Shown here piece after piece: positions 22,047 to 33,567 of a stretch of 50,103 bases of DNA. The notes under the pieces were generated by a model. The model had not been told where the DNA came from. It saw only the letters and a list, made by a program, of their open reading frames with translations, and did no database searches. The translations under genes and the position numbers were made by a program. Position 1 is the first letter of the stretch; every line of letters starts with the position of its first letter. Source of the DNA: Terrimicrobiaceae bacterium (GTDB taxonomy: Bacteria; Verrucomicrobiota; Verrucomicrobiia; Chthoniobacterales; Terrimicrobiaceae); the NCBI GenBank assembly GCA_044342325.1, contig JBIIPZ010000022.1, positions 1 to 50,103 of the forward strand. The letters are read 5' to 3'.

Positions 22047-22652
22047 ATGCTCAAATCACTACTCTCAGCAGCCATTCTCACCACAGCCGTGCTCGCGTTC
22101 ACGCCATCGGCCAACGCCCAGATGAAGGTCGGTATTCTCGATATGAATGCCGTTTTCACCCAATACTACCGCACGAAGGATGCCGAGGCTAAGCTCAACG
22201 AATCCCGCGCCGCCGCGAAAAAAGAACTCGATGACCGCCTCGAAACTCTCAAGAAGGCGATGGAAGAGATTAACAAAATCAACGCCGATCTCGAAAAGCC
22301 CGAACTCAGCAAAGACGCCAAGGAAAAGGCCGCCAAATCGCGTGATGAAAAAGTCGCCGAGGCTCGCAACCTCGATCGTGAAATCGCGGAGTTTCGTGGC
22401 ACCCGCGAGCGCCAACTTCAAGAGCAGTTCGTCCGCATGCGCAAAGACATCATCGACGACATCATGAAGATCGTTAACGACAAGGTCAAAAGCGCAGCCT
22501 ACGACATCGTCCTCGACAAATCGGGCATGAGCATAGGACAAGTCCCCGTCGTCCTATTCTCCGCGCCAAACCTGGATTTCAGCAAGGATATCATCGACAC
22601 GCTGAATAAAGACGCAGGCAAGGCCGCTGCAGCAGCACCTAAGAAGCCCTAA
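22047..22652 (+). CDS. skp: OmpH/Skp periplasmic chaperone
   Basis: Signal peptide, KVGILDM, long charged helical region, YDIVLD; canonical bamA-skp-lpxD order. Confidence 0.92.
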   Translation: MLKSLLSAAILTTAVLAFTPSANAQMKVGILDMNAVFTQYYRTKDAEAKLNESRAAAKKELDDRLETLKKAMEEINKINADLEKPELSKDAKEKAAKSRDEKVAEARNLDREIAEFRGTRERQLQEQFVRMRKDIIDDIMKIVNDKVKSAAYDIVLDKSGMSIGQVPVVLFSAPNLDFSKDIIDTLNKDAGKAAAAAPKKP

Positions 22653-23665
22653 TGACTCTCCGTGACCTCGCCGGGCGTGTAAACGCCCGGCTCGCTCCGG
22701 AAGCGGGAGATGTCGAAATCTCAAGCGTGGCATCATTGGCTGATGCCAATCCTGGTGACATCTCCTTTTTCGGTAATCCCAAATACATAGGTGCGCTAAG
22801 GAAGACTCGTGCGACTGCAGTTTTTCTCCCCGAGTCATTTACCGAGGAAATCCCCTCGCACGGCCTCTTTGTGGCAGATCCAGCAGCGGCTTTTGCACAG
22901 ATCCTGCCCCTTTTTACCCCGCAGCCCATCGTTCGTGAACCTGGCATTCATCCGACTGCAATCATCTCGCCCGATGCCGAAATCGCCGAGGGTTGCTTCA
23001 TCGGCGCCCATGTGGTCATCGAAGCAGGAGCCAAAATCGGAACCCGATCCATCATTGAGGCGCAGTGCTTTATCGGACAACAAACCTCGCTTGGCGAAGA
23101 CTGCCACCTTCACCCACAAGTCACAGTCCGCGAGCGCTGCCGCATCGGTAACCGCGTCACTCTCCAGTGCGGAGTCGTGATCGGAGCGGATGGATTCGGC
23201 TACGAGTTCCGCGACGGAAAACAGCAAAAAATCCCTCAAACCGGCACCGTGCAGATCGACGATGATGTCGAAATCGGTGCCAACTCCGCCGTGGACCGCG
23301 CCCGCTTCGGCCGCACTTGGATTCAATGCGGCACCAAAATCGACAACCTAGTTCAGATAGGTCACAATGTAACGATTGGTGAACACTGCATCCTTTGTGC
23401 CCAAGTCGGCATCTCTGGTAGCACGCGCATCGGTAATTATGTCACGCTGGCCGGAAAAGTGGGCCTCAGTGGCCATATCGAGATCGGTGATCAAGTCATG
23501 ATTGGGGCCATGTCCGGCTTGGCCAAAAATGTGCCGCCAAAAACAATCATGTTCGGCGCACCAGCTCAACCCATCCGCGAATACAAAGAAAACTACGCTC
23601 TGCTGAAAAACATTCGCAAACTCTACAATCGAGTCAAAGCCCTCGAGGCAAAGAACCCCGAGTAG
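22652..23665 (+). CDS. lpxD: UDP-3-O-acylglucosamine N-acyltransferase
   Basis: Hexapeptide repeats, GADGFGY, EIGANS, KIDNLVQIGHN. Confidence 0.96.
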   Translation: MTLRDLAGRVNARLAPEAGDVEISSVASLADANPGDISFFGNPKYIGALRKTRATAVFLPESFTEEIPSHGLFVADPAAAFAQILPLFTPQPIVREPGIHPTAIISPDAEIAEGCFIGAHVVIEAGAKIGTRSIIEAQCFIGQQTSLGEDCHLHPQVTVRERCRIGNRVTLQCGVVIGADGFGYEFRDGKQQKIPQTGTVQIDDDVEIGANSAVDRARFGRTWIQCGTKIDNLVQIGHNVTIGEHCILCAQVGISGSTRIGNYVTLAGKVGLSGHIEIGDQVMIGAMSGLAKNVPPKTIMFGAPAQPIREYKENYALLKNIRKLYNRVKALEAKNPE

Positions 23666-23735
23666 TGCATGCATCACGAAAACAGTTTTTTTGATAGAAT
23701 GTGAGGAATTCCAATTCAGTTGCCGACTCCTCATC

Positions 23736-23765
23736 CTCCGTGCTCTCTGTGTCCTCTGTGGTTAA
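23736..23765. repeat. Solitary 3 x 9-bp tandem arm CTCCGTGCT-CTCTGTGTC-CTCTGTGGT-TAA
   Basis: Directly visible 9-bp periodicity in the lpxD-prmC intergenic region. Confidence 0.7.
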
Positions 23766-23798
23766 TATTGCTGATTTCGGGGGCATCCCGCTTCCTTG

Positions 23799-24627
23799 AT
23801 GACCACGCTTGAAGTCCTCAGCGCGGCGACCTCCTATCTTGATAAACAAGGCGTGGAGAGCCCGCGCCTAAATGCCGAGTATCTTCTCGCTCATGTTCTC
23901 GGCAAAAAAAAACGCATCGACCTTTACCTCGAGTTTGAGCGTCCGCTGGGCGAAAAAGAACGCGCCCCGCTGCGCGACCTGGTGAAGCGCCGCTCCGAAG
24001 GCACCCCGCTCCAGCATCTCCTCGGCACAGCGGAATTCTGCGGCCACCTTTTCACCTGCGATGGTCGGGGACTCATTCCCCGACCCGAGACCGAGCAACT
24101 CGTGGAACTCATCCTCAAAAGCTCACCCGACGCGCCGAGCGTTCTGGATGTCGGCACAGGCAGCGGAGTGATTGCCATCAGCCTAGCGCTCGCCGTCCCT
24201 GCCTCCAAAGTCTCGGCTTGCGACCTCTCGCCAGCGGCCCTCTCGCTGGCCCAAGAAAATGCCGCCCGCCACCAACTCGATGCGCGCATGAATTTTTTCC
24301 AATCCGACCTCCTGACCGCCGTTTCAGATACCTTCGCCGTCATCGTCGCCAACCTCCCCTATATCCCAAGCGCCGATATTTCCGGCCTCTCACGCGAGGT
24401 CCAAAAGGATCCCCTCACCGCGCTGGATGGCGGCCCGGACGGTCTCGTGCTCGTCGAACGACTCATCACCGAAGCCACATCCCGACTCGCTCCCAGCGGA
24501 CTGCTCGCACTGGAAATCGGACACGACCAAGCCGAGCGTGTCATGGCACTCCTCGCTGCCAACAATTATCGAGACATCGCAGCCCATCGCGATTATCAAG
24601 ACGTTCAACGATTCGTTTCAGCAAGAC

Positions 24628-24635
<8 letters not shown>
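23799..24635 (+). CDS. prmC: Release factor glutamine methyltransferase
   Basis: LIPRPETE, DVGTGSG, ANLPY (NPPY variant), ALDGG, LEIG. Confidence 0.95.
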
Positions 24636-25887
<1,252 letters not shown>

Positions 25888-25937
25888 GCCCCGACAAAAA
25901 ACAACCGTCGGAAATTATTTTTTTTTTACAATCCCAG

Positions 25938-25966
25938 TTGACTCCCGCTCAATCTTCGCCTTTACT
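25938..25966 (+). promoter_or_regulatory. Putative tRNA promoter (TTGACT-N17-TTTACT) preceded by a T-tract
   Basis: -35-like hexamer with 17-bp spacer about 20 bp before the tRNA; upstream A/T tract resembles an UP element. Confidence 0.45.
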
Positions 25967-25984
25967 GAATGCTCTGCTTTAAAC

Positions 25985-26061
25985 GCAGCCATAGCTCAAT
26001 TGGATAGAGCATCTGACTACGGATCAGAAGGTTTGAGGTTCGACTCCTCATGGCTGCACCA
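25985..26061 (+). tRNA. tRNA-Arg (anticodon ACG)
   Basis: Acceptor stem GCAGCCA/TGGCTGC, D-arm AGCTCAATTGGATAGAGC, anticodon arm TCTGA-CTACGGA-TCAGA, GGTTCGACTCC T-arm, encoded CCA. Confidence 0.98.
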
Positions 26062-26298
26062 CTCTCCCTCAGCAAATTTCCTTCCGCGTCTGAAGAGGGG
26101 CATCGCCGTCTCTGCCTTGCTCGACGGGTTGCGATGTTGAGGCTGTTTTAGACAGGTAGTTTGTTTTTCCTGACTGGTCCAAGCACCCCGAACTCATCTT
26201 GAGCTATTGATCTGATCTATGCCTGCCCTCAACCTGACATGTAGTCAGCAATCTTCTTGCTTCATGTTTTGGCCACTTTCGGTGACACCATAAGATTC

Positions 26299-26811
26299 AT
26301 GTCGCATCCCCGAGTAAAAATTATTTTTTTGCTACTGATTCTTTGCGCCAATCCGCTCCAAGCTGATCAGGTGATTCGTTCGGCGCAGACGAAACTCGCC
26401 GCGCTCGGATACTACAAAGCCCGCGTGGATGGGTCTCCGGGAAGCATGACCAGCGCGGCGATTCGAAGATATCAACTTGCAAAGAACCTCAAGGTCACAG
26501 GCTCGCTGAACCAACAGACGCTGGATGCACTTGGAATCAACGCTCCGCCGCCTGCTCCGGATTACTCAAAAATAAACGCACTCTTCGATGGCGGCACGCT
26601 CTCGGGCAAGGACTCCGCCGCCCAGGTTGAAGCGATTCGCGATGCGCAGCGGGTGCTCGCGGAGTCCGGCCTCTACGCCGGACCTCACAACGGCCTGCCC
26701 AGCGCAACACTCACGGCCTCGATCAAAGAATGGCAACTCGCCCAAGGCTTGCCTCAAACCGGCAAACTCGACACCCACACACTCGCTGGCCTCGGAATCG
26801 CTAGGAATTGA
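26299..26811 (+). CDS. Secreted protein with two peptidoglycan-binding (PG_binding_1-like) domains
   Basis: Signal peptide; two copies of Q..L...G.Y....G......T..AI...Q....L..TG.L...TL..LG. Confidence 0.85.
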   Translation: MSHPRVKIIFLLLILCANPLQADQVIRSAQTKLAALGYYKARVDGSPGSMTSAAIRRYQLAKNLKVTGSLNQQTLDALGINAPPPAPDYSKINALFDGGTLSGKDSAAQVEAIRDAQRVLAESGLYAGPHNGLPSATLTASIKEWQLAQGLPQTGKLDTHTLAGLGIARN

Positions 26812-26815
26812 TTTC

Positions 26816-27280
26816 ATGAAAAAGCACGACCGCATCTCGGCCTTTGTCGAAACACTCGAGGCCTCGGACACCACAGGGTTCCATCCTTGCTACGCCGGGT
26901 ATTTCGAGTGTTTCAACCAAGGCGACTACTACGAGGCGCATGATGTATTGGAGCACCTCTGGCTGGAATGCAGGGACAAAAACTACCTCTACTTTAAAGG
27001 CCTCATCCAGATCGCCGGCGCCTTTGTGCATTTGAAAAAACAACACGCCCGACCAGACCACCCGACCGATGGGCGAAGACTCCATCCGGCGGCGAGGCTC
27101 TTCGCGCTGGGAGTCAAAAATGTTTCGCCATTCGGCCCGACGCACATGGGGCTTCACATCGAGACCGTCTGCGAACTCTGCACGGATTGGAGGGACAAAA
27201 TTGTGGCGTCGGAATTCCGAATCAACCCTTGGCATCCGGGCGCAGGTCCTCGCTTGGAGCTTCAAAAAAGGGAGGCGTGA
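26816..27280 (+). CDS. DUF309 family protein
   Basis: FNQGDYYEAHDVLEHLW and KGLIQ motifs. Confidence 0.88.
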   Translation: MKKHDRISAFVETLEASDTTGFHPCYAGYFECFNQGDYYEAHDVLEHLWLECRDKNYLYFKGLIQIAGAFVHLKKQHARPDHPTDGRRLHPAARLFALGVKNVSPFGPTHMGLHIETVCELCTDWRDKIVASEFRINPWHPGAGPRLELQKREA

Positions 27281-27324
27281 GCTTGACGGCGGCACGCTTT
27301 GGCGTTTCATAAGCCCGAAATTCC

Positions 27325-27948
27325 ATGAAGAAACCGACTCTCCATTTTTTACTGACCGCCGTCGCGGCGACAGCAATCGTCAGCCTCACCGGATGCGAAA
27401 CAATCAAAACCGCCTCCCACTCGCACTCCTTCAAGTTCGACCCGCCTGACAAGACTCCGAAGAATCCATCTGCCGTGAAGGTAAAAATCAGCACCGGCGC
27501 GCAGCGTCTCTATGTGGTCGAAGGAAACGAGGTCCTCATCGCCACACCTGTGACAGTCGGCAAAACGGCAAGCCCGACGCCGCAGGGTGATTTCAAAATC
27601 TACTCGAAGCAAGCCCACCGCCGTCGCGTGAGCCAACCCGATGCAGGATATCCGATGACCTACTGGATGGAATTCAAGCCAGCCTACGGCATCCACTGGG
27701 GATTCATGAAGCCCTCACCTGCGACCCTCGGCTGCGTGCGCATGCCGCTGATCGCCGCCAAAGAAGTCTTCGCCATTGTGCCGAAGGGCGCTCCATTGAA
27801 TATCGCCAAGAGCCAACCTTGGGATGAGACGATCGGCAAATCCCTGCCCGTTCTCGACGATGGTCCGCTCCCGAACCCACCAAAATCCTACCTTCACAGC
27901 CCACAGGTCTTCAGCGACGCGGCCAAGGGCAAAATGTGGAATTTCTAA
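27325..27948 (+). CDS. L,D-transpeptidase (YkuD family) lipoprotein
   Basis: Lipobox LTGC, VTVG...TPQG, IHWG...TLGCVRM catalytic region. Confidence 0.85.
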   Translation: MKKPTLHFLLTAVAATAIVSLTGCETIKTASHSHSFKFDPPDKTPKNPSAVKVKISTGAQRLYVVEGNEVLIATPVTVGKTASPTPQGDFKIYSKQAHRRRVSQPDAGYPMTYWMEFKPAYGIHWGFMKPSPATLGCVRMPLIAAKEVFAIVPKGAPLNIAKSQPWDETIGKSLPVLDDGPLPNPPKSYLHSPQVFSDAAKGKMWNF

Positions 27949-29273
27949 CGCGCGAGTTCCTGTAGCAGCACTTTGTTGAGCCGGATGCCGGCGAGAAAAT
28001 TTTCCACCGGGAAGTTCTCGTTTGGCGAGTGGGCGCGGCAGTCAGGCGAGGCCAGCGCCAGCAACAGCGCAGGATGGCCGAGGATTTTTTGAAAATCCGA
28101 GAGAATGGGAATCGACCCGCCTTCGCGAGTGAGGGCTGGTTTTTTGCCGAAGACCGCTTCCAAAGCGCGACATGCGGCAACGCCCTGCACACCTTTAGGA
28201 TCGAGAAAAAACGGCTCGCCTCCATGTCCATCGATGATCTCGAGCCTTACGCCAGGCTGTTTATGCTTCTCAAAATGACGCCGCGCCTGTTTCAGCACGG
28301 TCTCCGGATTTTGATTCGCCACCAGGCGGAATGTGACCTTGAAGAACGCCTCGGCGGGAAGCACGGTTTTACTCCCCTCGCCTTGATAGCCGCTTCCGAT
28401 GCCGTTGATTTCCGCCGTAGGACGAGCCCCGATGCGTTCGACCGAGGAATAACCCGCCTCGCCCCAGAGTTCGCTGACGCCCGCCTGCTCGGCAATGGCT
28501 TGGTCACTCACAGGCGACTCGGCTGCAGCCTCGCGCTCCCAAGCCTGCATGGGCTGGACATCATCATAAAATCCCTCGATCGCCACGCGCCCCTGCGAAT
28601 CATGCAGACTGGCAATGATGCGCGCCGCCGCCGTCGCGGGATTCGCCACAGCGCCGCCGTAAATGCCGGAGTGCAGGTCATGCGAGGGACCGAACACCCT
28701 GACTTCCATCGCCGCAATGCCCCGCAAGGCGTAGCTCAGCGTGGGATAGCCATCGGCCGCCATGCCGGTGTCCGAGATGGCGATGGCATCGCAGGCCAAC
28801 TCTGCGCGGTGTTTTTCCAAAAAATCCGCCAGATGACCGCTCCCGACCTCCTCCTCGCCCTCGATCAAAAAAATCACATTCACTGGCAGCGGCCCCTCCG
28901 CCAGCGCCTCGCCGACTCCAAGAATGTGCGCTAGGATTTGCCCCTTGTTGTCCGAGGCACCGCGTCCGTAGATTTTTCCGTCCCGGATTTGCGGATCGAA
29001 AGGCGGCGTGGTCCAGAGCTCGAGTGGCTCGGGCGGCTGGACATCGTAGTGTCCATAAATGAGGACGGTTTTCTTCGAAGGATCGCGCGGCGTTTTTCCC
29101 AGCACGATGGGATTTCCCGGCGTTGGCTCCTTGCCAGCCTCCAAACCGATCTGCCGAAGCTTCGCTACGAGCCAGTCCGCACAGCGCACCATATCGGCAG
29201 CATGGACGGATTGGGCTGAAACACTGGGAATTCGCACAAATTCGAGCAATTCGGCAACGCGGGGATCATTCAT
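27945..29273 (-). CDS. M20 family dipeptidase
   Basis: YGHYDVQP, GRGASDNKGQ, EGEEE, DLHSG, GGSIP, HSPNE. Confidence 0.93.
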   Translation of the reverse strand: MNDPRVAELLEFVRIPSVSAQSVHAADMVRCADWLVAKLRQIGLEAGKEPTPGNPIVLGKTPRDPSKKTVLIYGHYDVQPPEPLELWTTPPFDPQIRDGKIYGRGASDNKGQILAHILGVGEALAEGPLPVNVIFLIEGEEEVGSGHLADFLEKHRAELACDAIAISDTGMAADGYPTLSYALRGIAAMEVRVFGPSHDLHSGIYGGAVANPATAAARIIASLHDSQGRVAIEGFYDDVQPMQAWEREAAAESPVSDQAIAEQAGVSELWGEAGYSSVERIGARPTAEINGIGSGYQGEGSKTVLPAEAFFKVTFRLVANQNPETVLKQARRHFEKHKQPGVRLEIIDGHGGEPFFLDPKGVQGVAACRALEAVFGKKPALTREGGSIPILSDFQKILGHPALLLALASPDCRAHSPNENFPVENFLAGIRLNKVLLQELAR

Positions 29274-29383
29274 AAAAAACTATATATTGTGGTTTATTGG
29301 AGGCGACTGCACAGGATGTGGTATTTTTTCCTTGCGCAGCCAAGCAGCATTTTTAGGCTCGTCGCACTTCTAACCGGTATCCC

Positions 29384-32300
29384 ATGTATCTGCAATCTCT
29401 GGAAATCATCGGCTTCAAATCCTTCGCCGCAAAAACCGTCCTCAACTTCCACCGGGGCGTCACAGCTGTCGTGGGCCCGAATGGTTGCGGCAAGTCGAAT
29501 GTCCTCGACGCCATTCGCTGGGTGCTCGGCGAGCAGTCGGCAAAAGCCCTCCGAGGCGGCGAGATGTCGGATGTCATTTTCAGCGGCACGGACAGCCGCC
29601 CGGCACTCGGCATGGCCGAGGTTTCCATGACCTTCGCAGAGTGCGAAAAGGAACTCGGCACCGAGTGGAACGAAGTCCGCATAACCCGCCGCGTTTATCG
29701 GGACGGTAAGAGCGAGTATTTCATCAATAAAACCGCATGCCGTCTGCGCGACATCCACCAACTCTTCATGGACACCGGCGTGGGCCGCAGCGCCTACTCG
29801 ATCATGGAGCAGGGCAAGATCGACCAGATCTTGAGCAACCGCCCGGAAGACCGGCGCGCGATCTTCGAGGAGGCGGCCGGCATCACGAAGTTCAAGGCCC
29901 AAAAAAAAGAAGCCCTCCGCAAGTTGGAATACACCGAGTCGAACCTCGTGCGCGTCCAGGACATCATCAAGGAGGTCAAACGCCAAATCGGCTCCCTGCA
30001 ACGCCAGGCCGCCAAGGCCCGCCGCTACCAATCGATCATATCGGACCTGCGAATTTTCGACACCCACATCTCGCATAAAAACTACCGGCACCTTTCGGAC
30101 GAGCTGGAGACTCTTAAAAACCAGCTGAACCAAGGCGAGGAGGCCCGCCAAATCCATGAGGTGGAAATCGCCCAGCAAGAGTCCGAACTCTCGGACTTCC
30201 GCCAGCGCCTGCAAGAACTGGAGGCCGAGGCCGGAACGATCCGCGACGGCATGCAGACCCTCCGCAACCGCATTTTTTCAGCCGAGAACCGCATCGGCAC
30301 AAACCACGAGCGCAGCTCAGAAGCCACCGCCCTCATCGACCGCTACCGCTTGGACATCAGCCAAGCCGAGGAAAAAATCCGCACGCAGCAAGAGCAAATC
30401 GAGCAGACGGACAACCTTCTTGAGCAAATGATCGAGAGCCTCCGCACCCATCAGGAGACGCTTGATGAGCACACCGCCCGCCTCAGTTCCGTGCGCGAGG
30501 AACGCATCGCTGCCGAGCGCGAACTCACCACCCAGGGCGCAGAGCTCTCAAACGCCGAGGCGCGTCTGAATTCGCTGCGCGGGGAGATTTCCGCAGCCAC
30601 CGGACGCCGGGAATCGGGCGAGACGCGTCTTCATTTGCTGCAAAATGAAATCGAAACCGCCTCGCGCTCTGCTGCTGAGATTTCCGCAAACCTGGAAGAT
30701 CTGAAACGCCGCTCGGATGCCGCCCACTTAGCATTAGAGCACGCCCAGGCTGAAACCGCCTCCGCCATGGCGGACCACGAAAACGCCCAGCACGAACGCC
30801 AGAACACTGAGGCCATCCTCAACACAGCAGGCAAGGAAGCCGCCGGCCTCGAGTCCCGCCTTGAGGTCTTGCGCCAGCTTCAGGAGCAAGGCGAGGGCTT
30901 GGACGAAGGCACCCAGGCGGTGCTCAAAGGCCTCGACAACCCAGATTTTTTCCATAGCGCCATCGAGGGAACGCTCGCCCAGCACATCCAAGTCGAAGAA
31001 CGCCTCATTCCCGCCATCGAGGCCGCGCTTGGCTCCGCGCTGCAGGCCGTCATTTTCAAGGACCCCGGCGTTGCCGAAGCAGCCTTGGCGACTCTCAGCG
31101 GCAAGAAGCTCGGCCGTGCAGCGGTAATACCCTCCTCGTGGATCTCCGGGAGGGGAGAACAGGCGTCTCGCCTGTTCAGCCAGACTCCCGAAAACTCACT
31201 GGCTCCCGAACCACCCCTCCCCTTCGGCGTGTTTGGCCGGGCGAGTGATTGCGTGAAGGGTGATGACGACAGCTCTCACCTTGCCCGCCACCTCCTCCGC
31301 GATGTGCTTATCGTCGAGAGCCTCGAAGCCGCCTTCCGCCTTCGTTCAGAGAATCCATCGTTCGCGTTTGCCTCACTCGACGGGGGCTTTATCAGCCACA
31401 TTGGCATCATCCACGGTGGACAGTCCGGCGAGAATGCCGGGCAGTCCACCCTCCAACGAAAAATCCGTATCGCGGAGCTCGAGATCTCACTGACCGAGGC
31501 CACGGCGCGCATCGAATCCCTCGCTGCCGCCCGCGCTGCCGCAGCGTCGGCGATGGATCAGGCGACAGACCGCCTCAAGCAAGCCCGCGAAGCCATGCAG
31601 GCCGCGCAGATTGAAACGGCCTCGACCGACAATGAGCGCCGCCACGCCGAGCGACAGTTTGCGGATGTAGAAGCCAAGCGGGCCTCGTTCCAGCGCGAAG
31701 CCGCCAGCATTGAGGAGGGGCTCCGCGGCAGCCTCGCACAGCTCAGCGAACTCGAAGGCCGCATCGCCGAGGCGACCTGCGCCATCGACTCCCTCCGCGC
31801 TGCACGCAGCGAATCTGAGACCCGTATTCAAGTCGTGCGCGAGAAAGAAAGTTCCGCCTCCGATGCACTCAATGAAATCCGCGTCCGAGTGGCCACCGAG
31901 CGCCAGCAGCAGGAAGGCCTCCACCGCCAGCGCGGCCCCATGGCCGCCCGCATCATCGAGCTCAACGAACTCCTCGACGCCCGCCGTCTCGATATTTCGA
32001 ATTACGAAGGCCGTATCGACTCTCTCGCCGCCGAGAATGCATCCCTCGAAATCTCCATCGGCGAATGGCGCAGCGAATTGGAATCCGAAGAAGCCCGCCT
32101 GAGCGCCGTTCTGGCCCAGCGCTCCGAAGTCAGCGAGAGCGCCGGGGCCATCGAATCGGCCCTCCGCGCCGCCCGCCAACAACTCGCCAATCTTCAGGAG
32201 CAGCGCAGTCGCATCGAGGTGAAGGCCGCGCAGACAGAAATGCGGAAGGAAAACATCCGCACCCATGTCTCCCAACGCTACCAGCTCGATCTCGAAGCCT

Positions 32301-33247
32301 TCGAGCCAGACACCTACGCCCTCATCGTTGCCCTCCGCGAACGCAGCCAGCGCAAACCCGAGACCCCGGAGGGCGATCAACCCGCTGCCGAGGCCCCTGA
32401 GGAAACCGAGCGCCCCGCCATCGCCGTTCCCGCCGAAGGCGAAGGCATCCCGTGGGACCGCATCGAGGAACTCGTCGCCGAACTCACCGAGCGTATCGAC
32501 TCGATGGGCCCGGTGAATATGGACGCGATTCAGGAATACGACGAACTCGAGCAGCGTTACATTTTCCTCGAAAAACAAAACGCCGACCTCGTCACCTCCA
32601 AGGCCGAGCTGCTCGAAGTCATCTCCAAAATAAACAACACCACGAAGACCCTCTTCGCCGAGACCTTCGAAAAAATCCGCGAGAACTTCCAATTCATGTT
32701 CACCGAGTTGTTCGGCGGTGGACGCGCCAACCTTCTGCTCACCGACGACTCCGACCCGCTCGAGAGCGGCATCGAGATCATCGCCAAACCCCCCGGCAAG
32801 CAGCTCCAGAGCGTCACACTCCTCTCCGGCGGCGAACGCACCATGACCGCCGTCTCACTCCTTTTCGCCATCTACATGGTGAAGCCCAGCCCGTTCTGCG
32901 TGCTCGACGAAATGGACGCCCCACTCGACGAATCGAATATCACCCGCTTCATCAAAATCCTCGACCGCTTCGTCGGCCAGAGCCAGTTCGTGACCATCAC
33001 CCACAACAAACGCACGATCTCCCGCGCCGACCTCCTCTACGGCGTCACCATGGAAGAACACGGCGTCAGTAAACTCGTGAGCGTGAAATTCAGCGGTAAA
33101 ACCGACGACAACTCGAAATCCTCCGAAAGCGTCGCCAAAGCCCTCGGCAAATCGGAAAACCTCGCCAGCGAGGAAGCAGCCGCCATCGCCCAAGCTGCAG
33201 AAACCATGCAACCCGAACTCCTCGAGGAAGAACCTGCGGCCACATAA
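29384..33247 (+). CDS. smc: Chromosome segregation protein SMC
   Basis: GFKSF, GPNGCGKSN Walker A, long coiled coils with hinge, LSGGE signature, LDEMDAPLD Walker B/D-loop. Confidence 0.97.
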   Translation: MYLQSLEIIGFKSFAAKTVLNFHRGVTAVVGPNGCGKSNVLDAIRWVLGEQSAKALRGGEMSDVIFSGTDSRPALGMAEVSMTFAECEKELGTEWNEVRITRRVYRDGKSEYFINKTACRLRDIHQLFMDTGVGRSAYSIMEQGKIDQILSNRPEDRRAIFEEAAGITKFKAQKKEALRKLEYTESNLVRVQDIIKEVKRQIGSLQRQAAKARRYQSIISDLRIFDTHISHKNYRHLSDELETLKNQLNQGEEARQIHEVEIAQQESELSDFRQRLQELEAEAGTIRDGMQTLRNRIFSAENRIGTNHERSSEATALIDRYRLDISQAEEKIRTQQEQIEQTDNLLEQMIESLRTHQETLDEHTARLSSVREERIAAERELTTQGAELSNAEARLNSLRGEISAATGRRESGETRLHLLQNEIETASRSAAEISANLEDLKRRSDAAHLALEHAQAETASAMADHENAQHERQNTEAILNTAGKEAAGLESRLEVLRQLQEQGEGLDEGTQAVLKGLDNPDFFHSAIEGTLAQHIQVEERLIPAIEAALGSALQAVIFKDPGVAEAALATLSGKKLGRAAVIPSSWISGRGEQASRLFSQTPENSLAPEPPLPFGVFGRASDCVKGDDDSSHLARHLLRDVLIVESLEAAFRLRSENPSFAFASLDGGFISHIGIIHGGQSGENAGQSTLQRKIRIAELEISLTEATARIESLAAARAAAASAMDQATDRLKQAREAMQAAQIETASTDNERRHAERQFADVEAKRASFQREAASIEEGLRGSLAQLSELEGRIAEATCAIDSLRAARSESETRIQVVREKESSASDALNEIRVRVATERQQQEGLHRQRGPMAARIIELNELLDARRLDISNYEGRIDSLAAENASLEISIGEWRSELESEEARLSAVLAQRSEVSESAGAIESALRAARQQLANLQEQRSRIEVKAAQTEMRKENIRTHVSQRYQLDLEAFEPDTYALIVALRERSQRKPETPEGDQPAAEAPEETERPAIAVPAEGEGIPWDRIEELVAELTERIDSMGPVNMDAIQEYDELEQRYIFLEKQNADLVTSKAELLEVISKINNTTKTLFAETFEKIRENFQFMFTELFGGGRANLLLTDDSDPLESGIEIIAKPPGKQLQSVTLLSGGERTMTAVSLLFAIYMVKPSPFCVLDEMDAPLDESNITRFIKILDRFVGQSQFVTITHNKRTISRADLLYGVTMEEHGVSKLVSVKFSGKTDDNSKSSESVAKALGKSENLASEEAAAIAQAAETMQPELLEEEPAAT

Positions 33248-33567
33248 AGCACAAAGCCCCCTGACTGTGCACGCGTCAGGCTACCGCCTCGCTTCGAGAG
33301 GAGCAGCTTGGCCGTTTTCATTTTTACTCGGGCAGTGGCTCAAGCTCCGGAAAACACCTCAGTTTCCTTGATAACAGGGTTTGGAGCTCGTCGAGTGGAT
33401 CGCGGTAAGGGATGCGTTGGCCGCAAGGGAAAGGCGGGCAGTTGCAAAAAAAGGATAGACGGTGGGACACTGATTTTTTCACGGCTTGATCTTTCCGGGA
33501 TGTCACCTCAAAGTCCTGCCCGCACTCCACCCGAGGAGATTGCAAATCCATTTTTTCCTACAAATTA

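Noticed and set aside
25891..25927. Intrinsic terminator after murA
   Set aside because: Stem is only 5 bp with an 11-nt loop and is separated from the T-run; the tract is better explained as an UP-like element of the tRNA promoter
26146..26155. TTTTAGACAG downstream of the tRNA matching the start of the GxxExxY arm
   Set aside because: Only 10 bp, with no 9-bp periodic continuation or partner arm; probably chance
25985..26298. tRNA-Arg as an integration site for a genomic island
   Set aside because: No integrase, no duplicated tRNA 3-prime end noticed, and downstream genes look native
33248..33567. TPP riboswitch or SRP RNA upstream of sucA
   Set aside because: TPP core (CTGAGA, CCTGA...GCGTAGGGA) and SRP core (CAGGTCCGGAAGGAAGCAG) are not present intact
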